DNA of 64,000 nucleotides from an uncultured Dehalococcoidales bacterium (GCA_964638975.1 CAZXAJ010000005.1:18213-82212); one strand, 5' to 3'. Shown: positions 8,412-18,346, numbered from the stretch's first letter. Translations and numbers: made by a program. Notes: generated by a model not told the origin, from the sequence alone.

Positions 8412-9110
8412 TCAGGATGAGGGCTGCTTGATTATGTAGCCTGCTTTTGGGATAGTGCGAATTAGCTGGGGGTTATCAGGGTCTTCCTCCAACTTGTTCC
8501 TTAGCCGGCTGATCCATGTCCTCAATATTTGAACATCGTCGCGATATTCAGGTCCCCATACCCTGCTGAGGAGCTCCTCATAGGTCATGAGGCGACCAGC
8601 ATTATGAGCAAGCTCGCTGAGCAAAAGCCATTCAATTCGGGTCAGGTATCTTTCTTCGCTCTTAACAGCGACGCTGCGCTTCGCAAAATCAATGGTCACG
8701 TCACCCAGGGAAAGCTGCTCGTAGGCTTTCCGCTTTTCAGACGGCGCTAGACGTCGCCTCATCGCCTCGATGCGGGCAATTAGTTCGTCAGGGCTGAAAG
8801 GCTTGGCCAGATAGTCATCGGCACCTAATTCAAGACCCTTTATCTTGTCCGCATTGGTTTCCTTAGCGCTGAGGATGATGACTGGCACCGAGGAAAAGGT
8901 GCGGAGTTCTTTAAGAGTCTCAAAGCCGTCCATTCTGGGCATAAGCACGTCAAGCACGACTAGGTTCGGCTCCTGCGCCTGAATCTGTTCTAAAGCCTCT
9001 ACTCCATTGCTGGCAGTGATAACCTCGTAACCTGAGACTCTTAGCTTGGAGCTGAGGAAGTTAAGAATGCGCTGCTCATCATCGACTACGAGGACACGAA
9101 ACTGTCTCAT
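8412..9110 (-). CDS. OmpR/PhoB-family response regulator
   Basis: 232 aa. Receiver domain (VLVVDDE..., LVVLDVLMPRMDG, ...LSAK) plus a winged-helix output domain (LTRIEWLLLSELAHNAGRLMTYEELL...IRTIPKAGY). Confidence 0.9.
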   Translation of the reverse strand: MRQFRVLVVDDEQRILNFLSSKLRVSGYEVITASNGVEALEQIQAQEPNLVVLDVLMPRMDGFETLKELRTFSSVPVIILSAKETNADKIKGLELGADDYLAKPFSPDELIARIEAMRRRLAPSEKRKAYEQLSLGDVTIDFAKRSVAVKSEERYLTRIEWLLLSELAHNAGRLMTYEELLSRVWGPEYRDDVQILRTWISRLRNKLEEDPDNPQLIRTIPKAGYIIKQPSS

Positions 9111-9189
9111 GACATTGTCCTCTACATGCTCATCCGCTTAAGATAATATCTGTCAATGCAAGCTATGTCAAATATCTCTCCTGTTCTTG

Positions 9190-9218
9190 TTGACTGGCAA
9201 GCAAGGCAGAACTAGAAT
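9190..9218 (+). promoter_or_regulatory. Sigma70-like promoter candidate for the kinase gene
   Basis: TTGACT (9190-9195), 17-nt spacer, TAGAAT (9213-9218). Confidence 0.4.
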
Positions 9219-9256
9219 ATGACCAATTAGCTGATTACTAGAGCGATGCAAGGAGG

Positions 9257-11329
9257 ATGCCAATGGAAGATGAACTTAGAAACAGCGGCATTGATGTGAT
9301 TGGCGGCGTGCCCTGGGGTACTCACTTCTGCCAGTTTTATAAGACCAAACAGGATTTGATTGATATACTCGTTCCCTACTTCAAAGCTGGTCTTGAGAGT
9401 AACGAATTCTGCATGTGGGTTACTTCCGAGCCCCTCATGGTAGCCGAGGCAGCGGAGGCCATGAGAGGAGCAGTTGTGAATTTCGACGAATACCTGCGCA
9501 GGGGGCAGATAGAGATAATTCCATATAACGAATGGTATCTGCTGGTAGGCACTTTCGATGATGACCGTGTGCTGAAGGGTTGGGTCAGCAAGCTGGAGCA
9601 GGCCCTGGCCGGGCGTTATTCCGGGCTGCGGCTGACGGGCAACACGTTCTGGCTGGAAAGGAACCACTGGCAGGCTTTCACGGAATATGAGGCAGAGGTG
9701 AACAACATCATCGGGAAATACAAAATGTTGGCAATTTGCACATACTGCTTGGACAAATGCGATGGCACTGCCGTAATTGATGTCATCAAGAACCACCAGT
9801 TTGCCCTGATTAAGCAGGAGGGAAAATGGGATATTATTGAGAGCTCTATCTACAAGCAGGCTAAACAAGCACTGTTAGAGAGCGAACACGACCTGAACCG
9901 TGCTCAAGCGGTAGCTCGTACCGGAAGCTGGCGTCTGGATGTTCGGCATAACCAGCTTTTATGGTCTGACGAGACCTATCGTATCTTCGGTATCCCCAAA
10001 GGAACGCCCATGACATATGAGACATTCCTCTCCTGCGTGCACCTGGAAGATCGGGAATATGCGGATAACAAGTGGAATGCTGCTCTTCAAGGTGAGGAGT
10101 ATGATATCGAGCACCGCATTATTGTAGGCGATGAAGTCAAGTGGGTTCATGAGAGGGCTGAGCTGGAGTTCGATTCAAAGGGTGAGCTTAAGGGTGGATT
10201 CGGCACTGTTCAGGATATTACCGAGAGAAAGCAGGTGGAGGAAGCCCTCCGCGAAACCAAGGAATATCTCGAAAATTTGATTGATTATGCCAATGCCCCT
10301 ATCATCGTCTGGAATCCTAATTCGGAGATTACCCGGTTTAACCATGCCTTCGAGTGGCTCACTGGACGCTCTGCAGGCGAAGTGCTGGGAAATAAAGTGG
10401 ACATATTGTTCCCGGCTGATACCCGTGACGAATCTATGAAGCGCATTCGTGAAGCTACTTCTGGTGAACGATGGGAGGTTGTAGAGATTCCCATCAAGCA
10501 CAAAGATGGGACTGTGCACATCCTGCTGTGGAATTCAGCTACCATCTATGCGCTGGATGGCGAGACGCCTTTAGCCACGATTGCTCAGGGCCAGGATATT
10601 ACCGAACGCAAGAAGGTAGAACAGCTTAAAGATGAGTTCATTGGACTCGTATCCCATGAATTGCGTACCCCATTGACTGTGATTATTGGCTCTCTGAATA
10701 CGGTTTTAAGCGAGGGAGAACGTCTATCTCCAGACGAGACACGCCAACTCCTTCAAGATGCAGCTCAGGAGACCGAATCACTCTCTCATCTATTGGGAAA
10801 TCTGCTTGAACTTTCTCGGGCTCAGGCCAAGCGGTTGTTTCTTTACACTGAACCAGTCAGCATCCAAAAGGTGGTTAAAGAAACCGTTAACAAAATAAGG
10901 CGCCAATCTTCGACACATCAGTTTTTAATAGATGTCCGCCGGGGACTCCCCCCGGTCAACGCTGACTCATTGAGGCTGGAACGCATCCTGTACAATCTCT
11001 TGGAAAATGCAGTTAAGTATTCCCCCTCTGGGAGTCAGGTAAGAGTCTCAGCTAAAAAGGAGAAGGAGCATCTGGTTACCGGAGTTAGTGACCAAGGCAG
11101 CGGTATATCTCCCCGTGATCAAGTCAGGCTTTTTGAGCCATTCGAGAGACTAGAGAACTCAAGACCCAGTGGAGTCAGAGGGATTGGACTGGGACTATTG
11201 GTATGCAGAAGATTGGTGGAGGCCCATGGTGGCCGGATCTGGGTGGAAACAGAACCCGACTGGGGTTCCACCTTCTTCTTTACACTGCCTCTTAGTGGCA
11301 AAGAAAAGGAGACCCGCACTCTTTCTTGA
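9257..11329 (+). CDS. Sensor histidine kinase: MEDS-like N-terminal domain, two PAS domains, HisKA + HATPase_c
   Basis: 690 aa, with no obvious TM segment. The N-terminus GTHFCQFYKTKQDLIDILVPYFKAGLESNEFCMWV fits the MEDS signature. H-box SHELRTPL, then N and G boxes (LLENAVKYS, DQGSGI, GIGLGL). The real start is probably the second ATG at 9263, because AGGAGG abuts 9257. Confidence 0.9.
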   Translation: MPMEDELRNSGIDVIGGVPWGTHFCQFYKTKQDLIDILVPYFKAGLESNEFCMWVTSEPLMVAEAAEAMRGAVVNFDEYLRRGQIEIIPYNEWYLLVGTFDDDRVLKGWVSKLEQALAGRYSGLRLTGNTFWLERNHWQAFTEYEAEVNNIIGKYKMLAICTYCLDKCDGTAVIDVIKNHQFALIKQEGKWDIIESSIYKQAKQALLESEHDLNRAQAVARTGSWRLDVRHNQLLWSDETYRIFGIPKGTPMTYETFLSCVHLEDREYADNKWNAALQGEEYDIEHRIIVGDEVKWVHERAELEFDSKGELKGGFGTVQDITERKQVEEALRETKEYLENLIDYANAPIIVWNPNSEITRFNHAFEWLTGRSAGEVLGNKVDILFPADTRDESMKRIREATSGERWEVVEIPIKHKDGTVHILLWNSATIYALDGETPLATIAQGQDITERKKVEQLKDEFIGLVSHELRTPLTVIIGSLNTVLSEGERLSPDETRQLLQDAAQETESLSHLLGNLLELSRAQAKRLFLYTEPVSIQKVVKETVNKIRRQSSTHQFLIDVRRGLPPVNADSLRLERILYNLLENAVKYSPSGSQVRVSAKKEKEHLVTGVSDQGSGISPRDQVRLFEPFERLENSRPSGVRGIGLGLLVCRRLVEAHGGRIWVETEPDWGSTFFFTLPLSGKEKETRTLS

Positions 11330-11585
11330 TTTATTCCAGACTCCGATGTCTACGCCTTACACAGCGTTTATCTCCCTAGTTCAATCCAACCTTATGAGAT
11401 TAACTTCCAACACCGCCTAAGTCTTTGCTTAGTTGGTCCAAGCTGCTTCGCTTAATAATTTACCGAATGGAAAAGGAGCTCCTTGTCTATGTATGGTAGG
11501 TAGAGAGCAGCCATATACTCACTGGCAAAAGGGGAAAGCTCTGCGTTGGTTATGCTCAAGGTCAACCCAATAAAATCACGTGAAA

Positions 11586-14021
11586 TCAAACTATCCCTAC
11601 CGGATCGACATCTATAGTCCAGCCCTTTGGCAAAATGACCTGGGATAAAATCCGAGCTGGGTCGGAGCTGCGAAGGAAGAGTTGCCAGCGATACTTACCT
11701 CGGACTCGGGAGGCAAAGGCAGGCACAGGACCAATTACACTGAAGTCAATCATTCCCTCTCTTGCCCTTTCATCAAGAATTCGACGATATACCTTATCTG
11801 CCTCACGGCGGCATAAATCCTCGCTGGTGTGGCTATAAACCAAGCGGATTAATTCGCTAAATGGGGGATAATTGTATCGGCGTCGATAGTCTATCTCTTT
11901 ATGATAAAAACCCGGATAATCATGTCTGGCAGCAGCTTGAACAGTGTAGTTGTTGGGAGAGTAAGTTTGAATGATAACCCTTCCTGCTTTAACCCCACGA
12001 CCAGCCCTACCAGCAACCTGGCACAGGAGTTGAAAAGTGCGCTCGCCACTTCGGAAATCGGGAAAATTAAGGCCAGTATCGGCACTGATTATCCCCGCCA
12101 AGGTCACTTGAGGCAGATCTAATCCTTTAGCTATCATCTGGGTGCCAATGAGTACATCTGCCTTATAGTCACGAAAATTCTTTAGTAGCTCCTCATGAGT
12201 ATGTCTCTTGGTAATCACGTCCCTGTCCCAGCGAAGCAATCGCGCTTCAGGGAAGAAATATCTTGTCTCCTCTTCGACCCTTTGCGTGCCAGTGCCGAGA
12301 AACCTGAGATAGCGTCTAAAACACTGAGGACAACTTTGAGGTGTTGGAATAGAATAGCGGCACCGGTGGCAAATCAGTCTTTTCTCCATCGAATGGTAGG
12401 TAAGAGCTATTGAGCAGCGAGGGCAGCGAAAGACAAAGCCACAGTTACGACATCGAATAAAGGTAGCGGTACCGCGACGGTTGAGAAAAATAATTATCTG
12501 CTCACCCTGCGCCAAGGTTTCCTTCATGGCAGCCAACAATGAGCGACTAAACAAGCTTGTGTTTCCAGCTTTAAGTTCCTCCCCTAAATCTACTACCCTC
12601 ACTTCAGGGAGAGGGAAATAACCAAGAGGTGTAATTCTCTCTTTTAGCTCCTCAAGATGATATTCGCCTAGCTGTGCCTTATGGAAACTACCAATATCGG
12701 GTGTAGCACTGCCTAGGATGACAAGAGCATCGCTGAGTTGAGCCAGTTTAATGGCCGCGTCCCGGGCATGATAGCGAGGCGATTTATCTTCTTGTTTATA
12801 TGTCCACTCATGTTCTTCATCGATAATGATAAGACCGAGGTCGGGCAAAGGGGCAAATAAAGCGCTCCTCGGCCCAATAACAACATCGCAATTTCCTTCC
12901 TTTATCCATTGCCACTCGTCGTACTGTTCTCCCAGGGAAAGGCCGCTATGCAGTAGTGCCACACGCCCTGGGAAACGATTAGCGAATCTCTCCACTGTTT
13001 GTTGGGTCAAAGCGATTTCAGGGATAAGGCAGATACCTCGCTTACCTGCGGCAACGACTTGGGCTAAGGCCCGCAGGTAAATCTCGGTTTTGCCGCTGCC
13101 TGTAACGCCGAAGAGGAGAAAAACCAATGGCTTGCCGGTTTGCTTCGCTTCTCTCACAAGGGCGTTATGGATTGATTCCCAGACAGTTTGCTGAGATGTG
13201 GTGAGAGCTGGGGGTGGAGAAGTTGTGAGGCTAAGGTGAGATAAGGGGTCACGTCTTATCCTGATTCTTTCCACAGAGACCAAATGGCGGTTTTCCAGGG
13301 CTCTAATAATGGTCAGAGAACAATTTAGGCTTTTCCTTAATTCGCTAACTGAAACGGGTTGGGTCTGCTCGGCTAGAAATTCTAAGAACTCTGCCTGTTT
13401 ATAGGCTCTGGACTTTTCCAGGCGGGCCTTTTCCGCTTCAATTTCCTCTCTGTCAGCTATTAACTTAACATAAAGGACAGTTTTGGGCTTTATCTTTACT
13501 CTCTCCGATTCCAGAGTTTTTGTGATTAACTGGCGGTCTAGCAACTGGTCGGTGATTTGCCTGGCTTTCTTTTTGCCAATTGCTTTCTCCATCTCAGGCA
13601 AGCTCGTCTTCTTTTTCCCTCTCATAAAATGGAGGATTTGCCTCTGTTCTGGTGTCAGTGATGACAAATCCACCTGGGTGTCTACCAATTGAAGGTAAGT
13701 AATGGTCTGCCTCTCAAATCCTGGAGGAAGCATTAAGGCCATGGCATCGAAAAGAGGGGAAAGATAGTGTTCGCTAATCCATTGGGCAAGCTTTATTTGT
13801 ATGGAGGAAAGCACAGGGTAATCAGTAATGAAGTCAGCTATTTTCTTGGTTGCCTTGACTGACGGCTGCTCCGACAATTCGACAACAATCCCCTGAATAA
13901 CCCTGGAGCCAAAGGGTACCCATACTGCTTGCCCGACATTAATATTTAGCCGTGCCGGGATGGCATAGCAAAAGGTTGACCGGCTCCCCGGTGAATTGAC
14001 TGCCACCTCGGCGTAGCTCAT
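11586..14021 (-). CDS. priA: Primosomal protein N' (replication restart helicase PriA)
   Basis: 811 aa. Walker A GVTGSGKTE, DEEH box IIIDEEH, Cys-rich Zn module CRNCGFVFRCPRCSIALTYH...CHRCRY...CPQC. Confidence 0.9.
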   Translation of the reverse strand: MSYAEVAVNSPGSRSTFCYAIPARLNINVGQAVWVPFGSRVIQGIVVELSEQPSVKATKKIADFITDYPVLSSIQIKLAQWISEHYLSPLFDAMALMLPPGFERQTITYLQLVDTQVDLSSLTPEQRQILHFMRGKKKTSLPEMEKAIGKKKARQITDQLLDRQLITKTLESERVKIKPKTVLYVKLIADREEIEAEKARLEKSRAYKQAEFLEFLAEQTQPVSVSELRKSLNCSLTIIRALENRHLVSVERIRIRRDPLSHLSLTTSPPPALTTSQQTVWESIHNALVREAKQTGKPLVFLLFGVTGSGKTEIYLRALAQVVAAGKRGICLIPEIALTQQTVERFANRFPGRVALLHSGLSLGEQYDEWQWIKEGNCDVVIGPRSALFAPLPDLGLIIIDEEHEWTYKQEDKSPRYHARDAAIKLAQLSDALVILGSATPDIGSFHKAQLGEYHLEELKERITPLGYFPLPEVRVVDLGEELKAGNTSLFSRSLLAAMKETLAQGEQIIIFLNRRGTATFIRCRNCGFVFRCPRCSIALTYHSMEKRLICHRCRYSIPTPQSCPQCFRRYLRFLGTGTQRVEEETRYFFPEARLLRWDRDVITKRHTHEELLKNFRDYKADVLIGTQMIAKGLDLPQVTLAGIISADTGLNFPDFRSGERTFQLLCQVAGRAGRGVKAGRVIIQTYSPNNYTVQAAARHDYPGFYHKEIDYRRRYNYPPFSELIRLVYSHTSEDLCRREADKVYRRILDERAREGMIDFSVIGPVPAFASRVRGKYRWQLFLRSSDPARILSQVILPKGWTIDVDPVGIV

Positions 14022-14407
14022 TCAGAGGTCTGGTCTTCTTCTTGAGGCATGGCTTGCTCTGCTGCTTTTTCTCGTCTTTCCTTAAGTCGAGCCCGCTTAG
14101 CGCTGAGCCTGCGCATATAATAGAGTTTAGCTCGGCGCACTTGGCCATGCCTGAGCACCTCTACGTTTTGCACCGAAGTGGATTGGAAGGGGAAAGTACG
14201 TTCCACTCCAATGCCATAAGATACCCGCCTTACCGTAAAGCTTCCACCATCAACACTCTTCCTCATTTTAATCACCACGCCTTGGAAGTGCTGTAGTCGT
14301 TCTTTATCCCCCTCCATAGTCTTCAGACTAACCTTGACCGTATCGCCAGGGGAAATTTGAGGGAGGTCGGGATTTATTTTTGGTTTAACAAATTCTCTAA
14401 CATTCAT
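14018..14407 (-). CDS. rplS: 50S ribosomal protein L19
   Basis: FxxGDTVKV...[15 protein letters not shown]...[14 protein letters not shown] core. There are 4-nt overlaps with both neighbours. Confidence 0.95.
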   Translation of the reverse strand: MNVREFVKPKINPDLPQISPGDTVKVSLKTMEGDKERLQHFQGVVIKMRKSVDGGSFTVRRVSYGIGVERTFPFQSTSVQNVEVLRHGQVRRAKLYYMRRLSAKRARLKERREKAAEQAMPQEEDQTSE

Positions 14408-15114
14408 TTCTTGTCCTCGTCATAGAGATTGGCTGTATTCAGGAGGTCAGGGCGCCGTTTTGCCGTCCGCAGGATAGCCTGATGGCGTCGCCACTGAGCA
14501 ATTTCGCCGTGATTTCCTGAAAGTAAAACCGAAGGTACTGACCAACCCCGATATACCTGGGGTCTGGTGTATTGGGGGTATTCTAAGAGCCCGTTACTGT
14601 GAGAATCACTGCCGGCTGAATCATGTGAACCAAGCACGCCCGGTATGAGTCTAATGATAGCGTCCACCAGGACCATGGCAGCTAATTCACCACCGCTAAG
14701 TACATAATCCCCAATACTAATTTCATCAGTAGCCAAATGTTCACACACTCTCTCATCTAAGCCTTCGTAATGGCCGCAAATTAACACAAGATGAGGGTGG
14801 AGGGCTAGTTCCTGAGCGATGGATTGAGAAAAAAGCCTGCCTTGGGGGCTGAGTAATACGATAGGCATGTAACTTACACCAAGTTGCTGTTTTATCGCCT
14901 CTGCTGCCTCGAAGATAGGCTCGGGCTTGAGCACCATGCCAGGTCCACCGCCGTAGGGATAGTCATCCACAATATGATGTTTGTCATGTGCATAGTCTCG
15001 AATATTATGGACCACAATGTTCACCAATCCGCGCTCACTAGCACGCTTGGCGATGCTTTGGTTGAGTGGTGAGGCAAACATTTCAGGGAAGAGACACAAA
15101 ATATCGATTCGCAT
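14404..15114 (-). CDS. trmD: tRNA (guanine37-N1)-methyltransferase TrmD
   Basis: [13 protein letters not shown]...[17 protein letters not shown]...[13 protein letters not shown]...[15 protein letters not shown] chose the ATG at 15114 behind a GAGGGAG Shine-Dalgarno. The track extends to a TTG at 15129. Confidence 0.9.
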   Translation of the reverse strand: MRIDILCLFPEMFASPLNQSIAKRASERGLVNIVVHNIRDYAHDKHHIVDDYPYGGGPGMVLKPEPIFEAAEAIKQQLGVSYMPIVLLSPQGRLFSQSIAQELALHPHLVLICGHYEGLDERVCEHLATDEISIGDYVLSGGELAAMVLVDAIIRLIPGVLGSHDSAGSDSHSNGLLEYPQYTRPQVYRGWSVPSVLLSGNHGEIAQWRRHQAILRTAKRRPDLLNTANLYDEDKK

Positions 15115-15305
15115 AGACTCCCTCAACAAAAACTTCTAAAGTGCATATCTTAACATGCTGACGGCGGCAAAAGAAAGTCGCTGTGTTCCCCATGGCTTTG
15201 AATCGCAGGGTGCAATTTATCCCTTGGGCTGTATTGAGCACCGCTTTGTTTTCTTAATCGCTAAAGCCAAAATCGTTCGAAAATTCAAAAAAAGGACGAA
15301 AGGTA

Positions 15306-15335
15306 TTGACAAAATGTAACCCGAGGGTTTATATT
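15306..15335 (+). promoter_or_regulatory. Sigma70-like promoter of the division (mraZ) operon
   Basis: TTGACA (15306-15311), 18-nt spacer, TATATT (15330-15335). Confidence 0.5.
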
Positions 15336-15341
15336 GGAATA

Positions 15342-15366
15342 GTGGGGAAAAGTGGGGAAAAAGGGC
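15342..15366 (+). promoter_or_regulatory. MraZ-operator-like direct repeats (GTGGGG-N4-GTGGGG-N5-GGGC, 10-bp phasing)
   Basis: aGTGGGGaaaaGTGGGGaaaaaGGGCaaaa lies immediately downstream of the -10. Published MraZ operators are phased (G)TGGG repeats in the mraZ leader. Confidence 0.45.
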
Positions 15367-15381
15367 AAAAAGGAGCACACT

Positions 15382-15714
15382 ATGACAAAAGGTGTGGACT
15401 CAGAAGTATTGTGTGGAGTGTGGGAGAATTACAGTCCCAGCCTGACCAGATTGCGCGTGCTCCTCTTTTGCATGAAGTATCCCAAGCTGAAGTTCACCGC
15501 TGAATGCGTTGCAGTGAATCAAGGAGTGGACATGGTTGGGTTGGAGAAAGAGATACAAGGTCTAATTAGCCAAGGAATACTGGGCGAAAAAAGCGACGCA
15601 GGTATTACCTACTATTGTCTGAATAGGACGCAACAAGAATTGACGGAATTAACTGAGGGATTTCTGAGAGATTGGCACTTGCACGAGACTGGAGTAAGAG
15701 CTGAGAGGGCCTGA
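15382..15714 (+). CDS. Hypothetical protein (110 aa), first gene of the mraZ operon; possible winged-helix fold
   Basis: ATG at 15382 behind an AAGGAG Shine-Dalgarno. Its stop lies 1 nt before the mraZ ATG. I recognise no family. The segment EKEIQGLISQGILGEKSDAGITYYCLN resembles a wHTH wing. Confidence 0.5.
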   Translation: MTKGVDSEVLCGVWENYSPSLTRLRVLLFCMKYPKLKFTAECVAVNQGVDMVGLEKEIQGLISQGILGEKSDAGITYYCLNRTQQELTELTEGFLRDWHLHETGVRAERA

Positions 15715-15715
15715 T

Positions 15716-16138
15716 ATGTTTTTTGGAGAATATTCATATAAGGTTGACGAGAAGGGAAGAGTGCCTCTGCCGCCAAAATTCAGGCGGGAATTGAGGGAGG
15801 GCGTGATATTAACTAAAGGGATCGAGAAATGCATTGTTGTTTATTCTGTAGCTGAGTGGAAAAGGCTGTCTGATAGCCTATCTACCAAAGCAGTAACTCC
15901 AGCTGGCTTGAGAAGGTTGAATCGCGCCATCTTCGGCTCCGCCTTCACCGCCTCCTTTGATGGTCAAGGCAGGATGACATTGCCATTTGCCTTGCGCGAA
16001 TATGCAGGGATTGGTGATACGGCGACCGTTGTCGGTGCCAATAACTGCGTGGAACTTTGGAGTGAATATGAGTGGGAGGAAGAGAAAAAATCAGCCGAAA
16101 CGCAATCGTCGAAGATAATCGAGAGTTTTGGAGAATAG
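15716..16138 (+). CDS. mraZ: Transcriptional regulator MraZ
   Basis: 140 aa with duplicated SpoVT/AbrB-type halves carrying DxxxR motifs (VDEKGRVPLP, FDGQGRMTLP). Confidence 0.9.
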   Translation: MFFGEYSYKVDEKGRVPLPPKFRRELREGVILTKGIEKCIVVYSVAEWKRLSDSLSTKAVTPAGLRRLNRAIFGSAFTASFDGQGRMTLPFALREYAGIGDTATVVGANNCVELWSEYEWEEEKKSAETQSSKIIESFGE

Positions 16139-16141
16139 TTA

Positions 16142-17080
16142 ATGAGTCTCACTATGTCTTTACCCGTACATATTCCTGTTCTGCTTGATGAAACTATAGA
16201 AGGGCTACAGGCTCGGCGAGGAAGGTACTTCGTCGACTGCACTGTAGGTCTGGGAGGACACGCAGCAGCCATACTGGAAAAAATCTCACCCTCAGGAAGG
16301 TTTTTGGGCATTGATGCTGATCCTGAGGCTATTCATGCAAGCCAAGATAAACTTAGGGACTATGGCGAAGCAGTTACTTTGGTTAATGACAACTTTGTCA
16401 ACCTTGAGGCTATCTGCAGAAGATACCATTTTCATCCAGTTGATGGTATCCTGTTCGACCTCGGTGTTTCTTCTCTGCAACTGGATACGGCCGAACGTGG
16501 CTTCAGTTTCCGCCTGGATGCCCCTCTGGATATGAGGTTTGATCTCAAGCAGGGGTTAACTGCATCTGACATCGTTAATACTTTCTCTGAGCAAGAGTTG
16601 GCACATCTTATAGAAAAATACGGTGAAGAGCGTCACAGTCGGCAGATAGCGCGAAACATTGTACGAAATCGCCCTATAGCTAGCACCCTAGGGCTTGCCC
16701 GGTTGGTAGAGCAAGTTTTGGGCAGTAAGCGTGCCAAAATTCACCCTGCCACAAGAACGTTTATGGCACTTCGCATTGCGGTCAATAGTGAGCTACAGAA
16801 TCTGGAGTCGGCTCTTGAACAAACTATTAACCTTCTCTGCTCTGGGGGGAGATTAGTGGTTATTAGTTATCATTCCTTGGAAGACCGCATAGCTAAGCAA
16901 TTTATGCGGCGCGCAGCCAGCAGCTGCCTATGTCCCCCCGGAACAGTAATATGTCGCTGTGGGCATGTGCCCACCTTGAAGCTCATTTCACGGAAGGTCA
17001 TTAAACCATCCTCGTTGGAGATGGAATCCAACCCACGCAGCCGTAGCGCCAAATTGAGGATAGCCGAGCGACTCAACTAG
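16142..17080 (+). CDS. rsmH: 16S rRNA m4C1402 methyltransferase RsmH (MraW)
   Basis: HIPVLLDE...DCTVGLGGHA...GIDADP...DGILFDLGVSSLQLD...SYHSLEDR. Confidence 0.9.
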   Translation: MSLTMSLPVHIPVLLDETIEGLQARRGRYFVDCTVGLGGHAAAILEKISPSGRFLGIDADPEAIHASQDKLRDYGEAVTLVNDNFVNLEAICRRYHFHPVDGILFDLGVSSLQLDTAERGFSFRLDAPLDMRFDLKQGLTASDIVNTFSEQELAHLIEKYGEERHSRQIARNIVRNRPIASTLGLARLVEQVLGSKRAKIHPATRTFMALRIAVNSELQNLESALEQTINLLCSGGRLVVISYHSLEDRIAKQFMRRAASSCLCPPGTVICRCGHVPTLKLISRKVIKPSSLEMESNPRSRSAKLRIAERLN

Positions 17081-17109
17081 GCAGTATTCTCAGCAAAAAG
17101 GAGGTGAAA

Positions 17110-18327
17110 ATGGCAAGAAAAATCATTTCAGCTATTGATGTCGGCACAACCAAAGTAGCCACTATCGTGGCCAATGTCAAAGAAGAAAACGACATTGAAG
17201 TTTTAGGAGTGGGAGTCGTTCCTTCTCGTGGCCTACACAAGGGCATCGTAGTCAACATGGATGAAGCCAAACAGTCTATTGCCGCATCTTTGAGGGAAGC
17301 TCAAAGAATCAGCGGTGTACGTATAGATTCTGCCTACGTTGGGGTTACCGGTAGACACATAAGCAGTCTGAACAATCGGGGAGTAGTGGCTATCCCCCGA
17401 GATGATCGATTAGTGCGTACTGAAGACCTTAAACGGGTGCTATCTGCGGCTCGTAATATCACCGTCTCTGAAGGAAAGAGGGTGCTCCATGCCATTCCTC
17501 GATATTATGCACTAGATGGACAGGAGGGAGTGAAACAACCAGTAGGCATGCATGGGTCCAGATTGGATGTAGAAACCCATATCATAACTGCTTCGGTGAC
17601 TTCGATACAAAACTTGGCTAAATGTGTCCGCAACATCGGGGTTGATGTTGAAGACCTGATCCTCGAGCCTCTGGCTAGTGGAGAGGCAGTATTGACTCCG
17701 GAGGAAAGAGACACAGGGGTTATTATGGCTGATATCGGGGGTGGTACCACGGATATAGCGGTATTTAAGAACGGTAGCATCTATCACACCGCTATCCTTC
17801 CAGTGGCCGGTTACCAGGTAACCAGCGATATCTCCATTGGCTTGGGCCTGCCTTTTAATATTGCGGAGAAGATGAAGAAGAGATATGGCACCGTCGTACC
17901 CAATCCAGAGGTTGACAACTTGGTTCAAGTGGGTATGGAGAATGGTCATCACGCCTCTTATAAAGACCTATGCAACATTATCCGAGCTCGAATGGAGGAG
18001 TTGTTGCAGCTCATATTGCTGGAGATGCCCACCAGCGATTACCAAAATTTGGTGCCTTGTGGCTTAGTGCTCACCGGTGGCACATCCAATCTGTCTGGGC
18101 TTGACGAGTTAGGACAGACAACGTTACAAATTCCGGTGCGCCAAGGCCGACCTTTGAGCATGGGTGTCTATGGCATTTCCGATATCCTCCATGATCCATC
18201 TTATGCTACTACCTTGGGACTGATTCTATGGCAGGTGCGTGGCAAAGAGGGATCAGCGTTCCGAGAAAAAAAGGCTGGTGCCTGGGGCAGCTTTATGAGT
18301 TTCGTTAGAAAGCTGTTTCGTGCCTAA
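17110..18327 (+). CDS. ftsA: Cell division protein FtsA
   Basis: Actin-like ATPase (AIDVGTTKV...ADIGGGTTDIAVF) with a C-terminal amphipathic helix GAWGSFMSFVRKLFRA. ATG at 17110 behind AAAGGAGG. Confidence 0.9.
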   Translation: MARKIISAIDVGTTKVATIVANVKEENDIEVLGVGVVPSRGLHKGIVVNMDEAKQSIAASLREAQRISGVRIDSAYVGVTGRHISSLNNRGVVAIPRDDRLVRTEDLKRVLSAARNITVSEGKRVLHAIPRYYALDGQEGVKQPVGMHGSRLDVETHIITASVTSIQNLAKCVRNIGVDVEDLILEPLASGEAVLTPEERDTGVIMADIGGGTTDIAVFKNGSIYHTAILPVAGYQVTSDISIGLGLPFNIAEKMKKRYGTVVPNPEVDNLVQVGMENGHHASYKDLCNIIRARMEELLQLILLEMPTSDYQNLVPCGLVLTGGTSNLSGLDELGQTTLQIPVRQGRPLSMGVYGISDILHDPSYATTLGLILWQVRGKEGSAFREKKAGAWGSFMSFVRKLFRA

Positions 18328-18346
18328 TTTGTGAAAGGAGGTTAGA

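Noticed and set aside
9227-9868. 213-aa minus-strand ORF, plus other long antisense ORFs (e.g. 33999-34475 -, 51674-52384 +, 23019-23585 +, 43388-43828 -, 44318-44689 -)
   Set aside because: Each is antisense to a CDS with strong family motifs. They have no Shine-Dalgarno, and their low-complexity, Ser/Pro/Leu/Arg-rich translations are typical of shadow frames.
11330-11585. Small ORFs in the convergent gap between the kinase gene and priA (e.g. a 26-aa plus-strand and a 20-aa minus-strand ORF)
   Set aside because: No Shine-Dalgarno and no motif. I treat them as non-coding.
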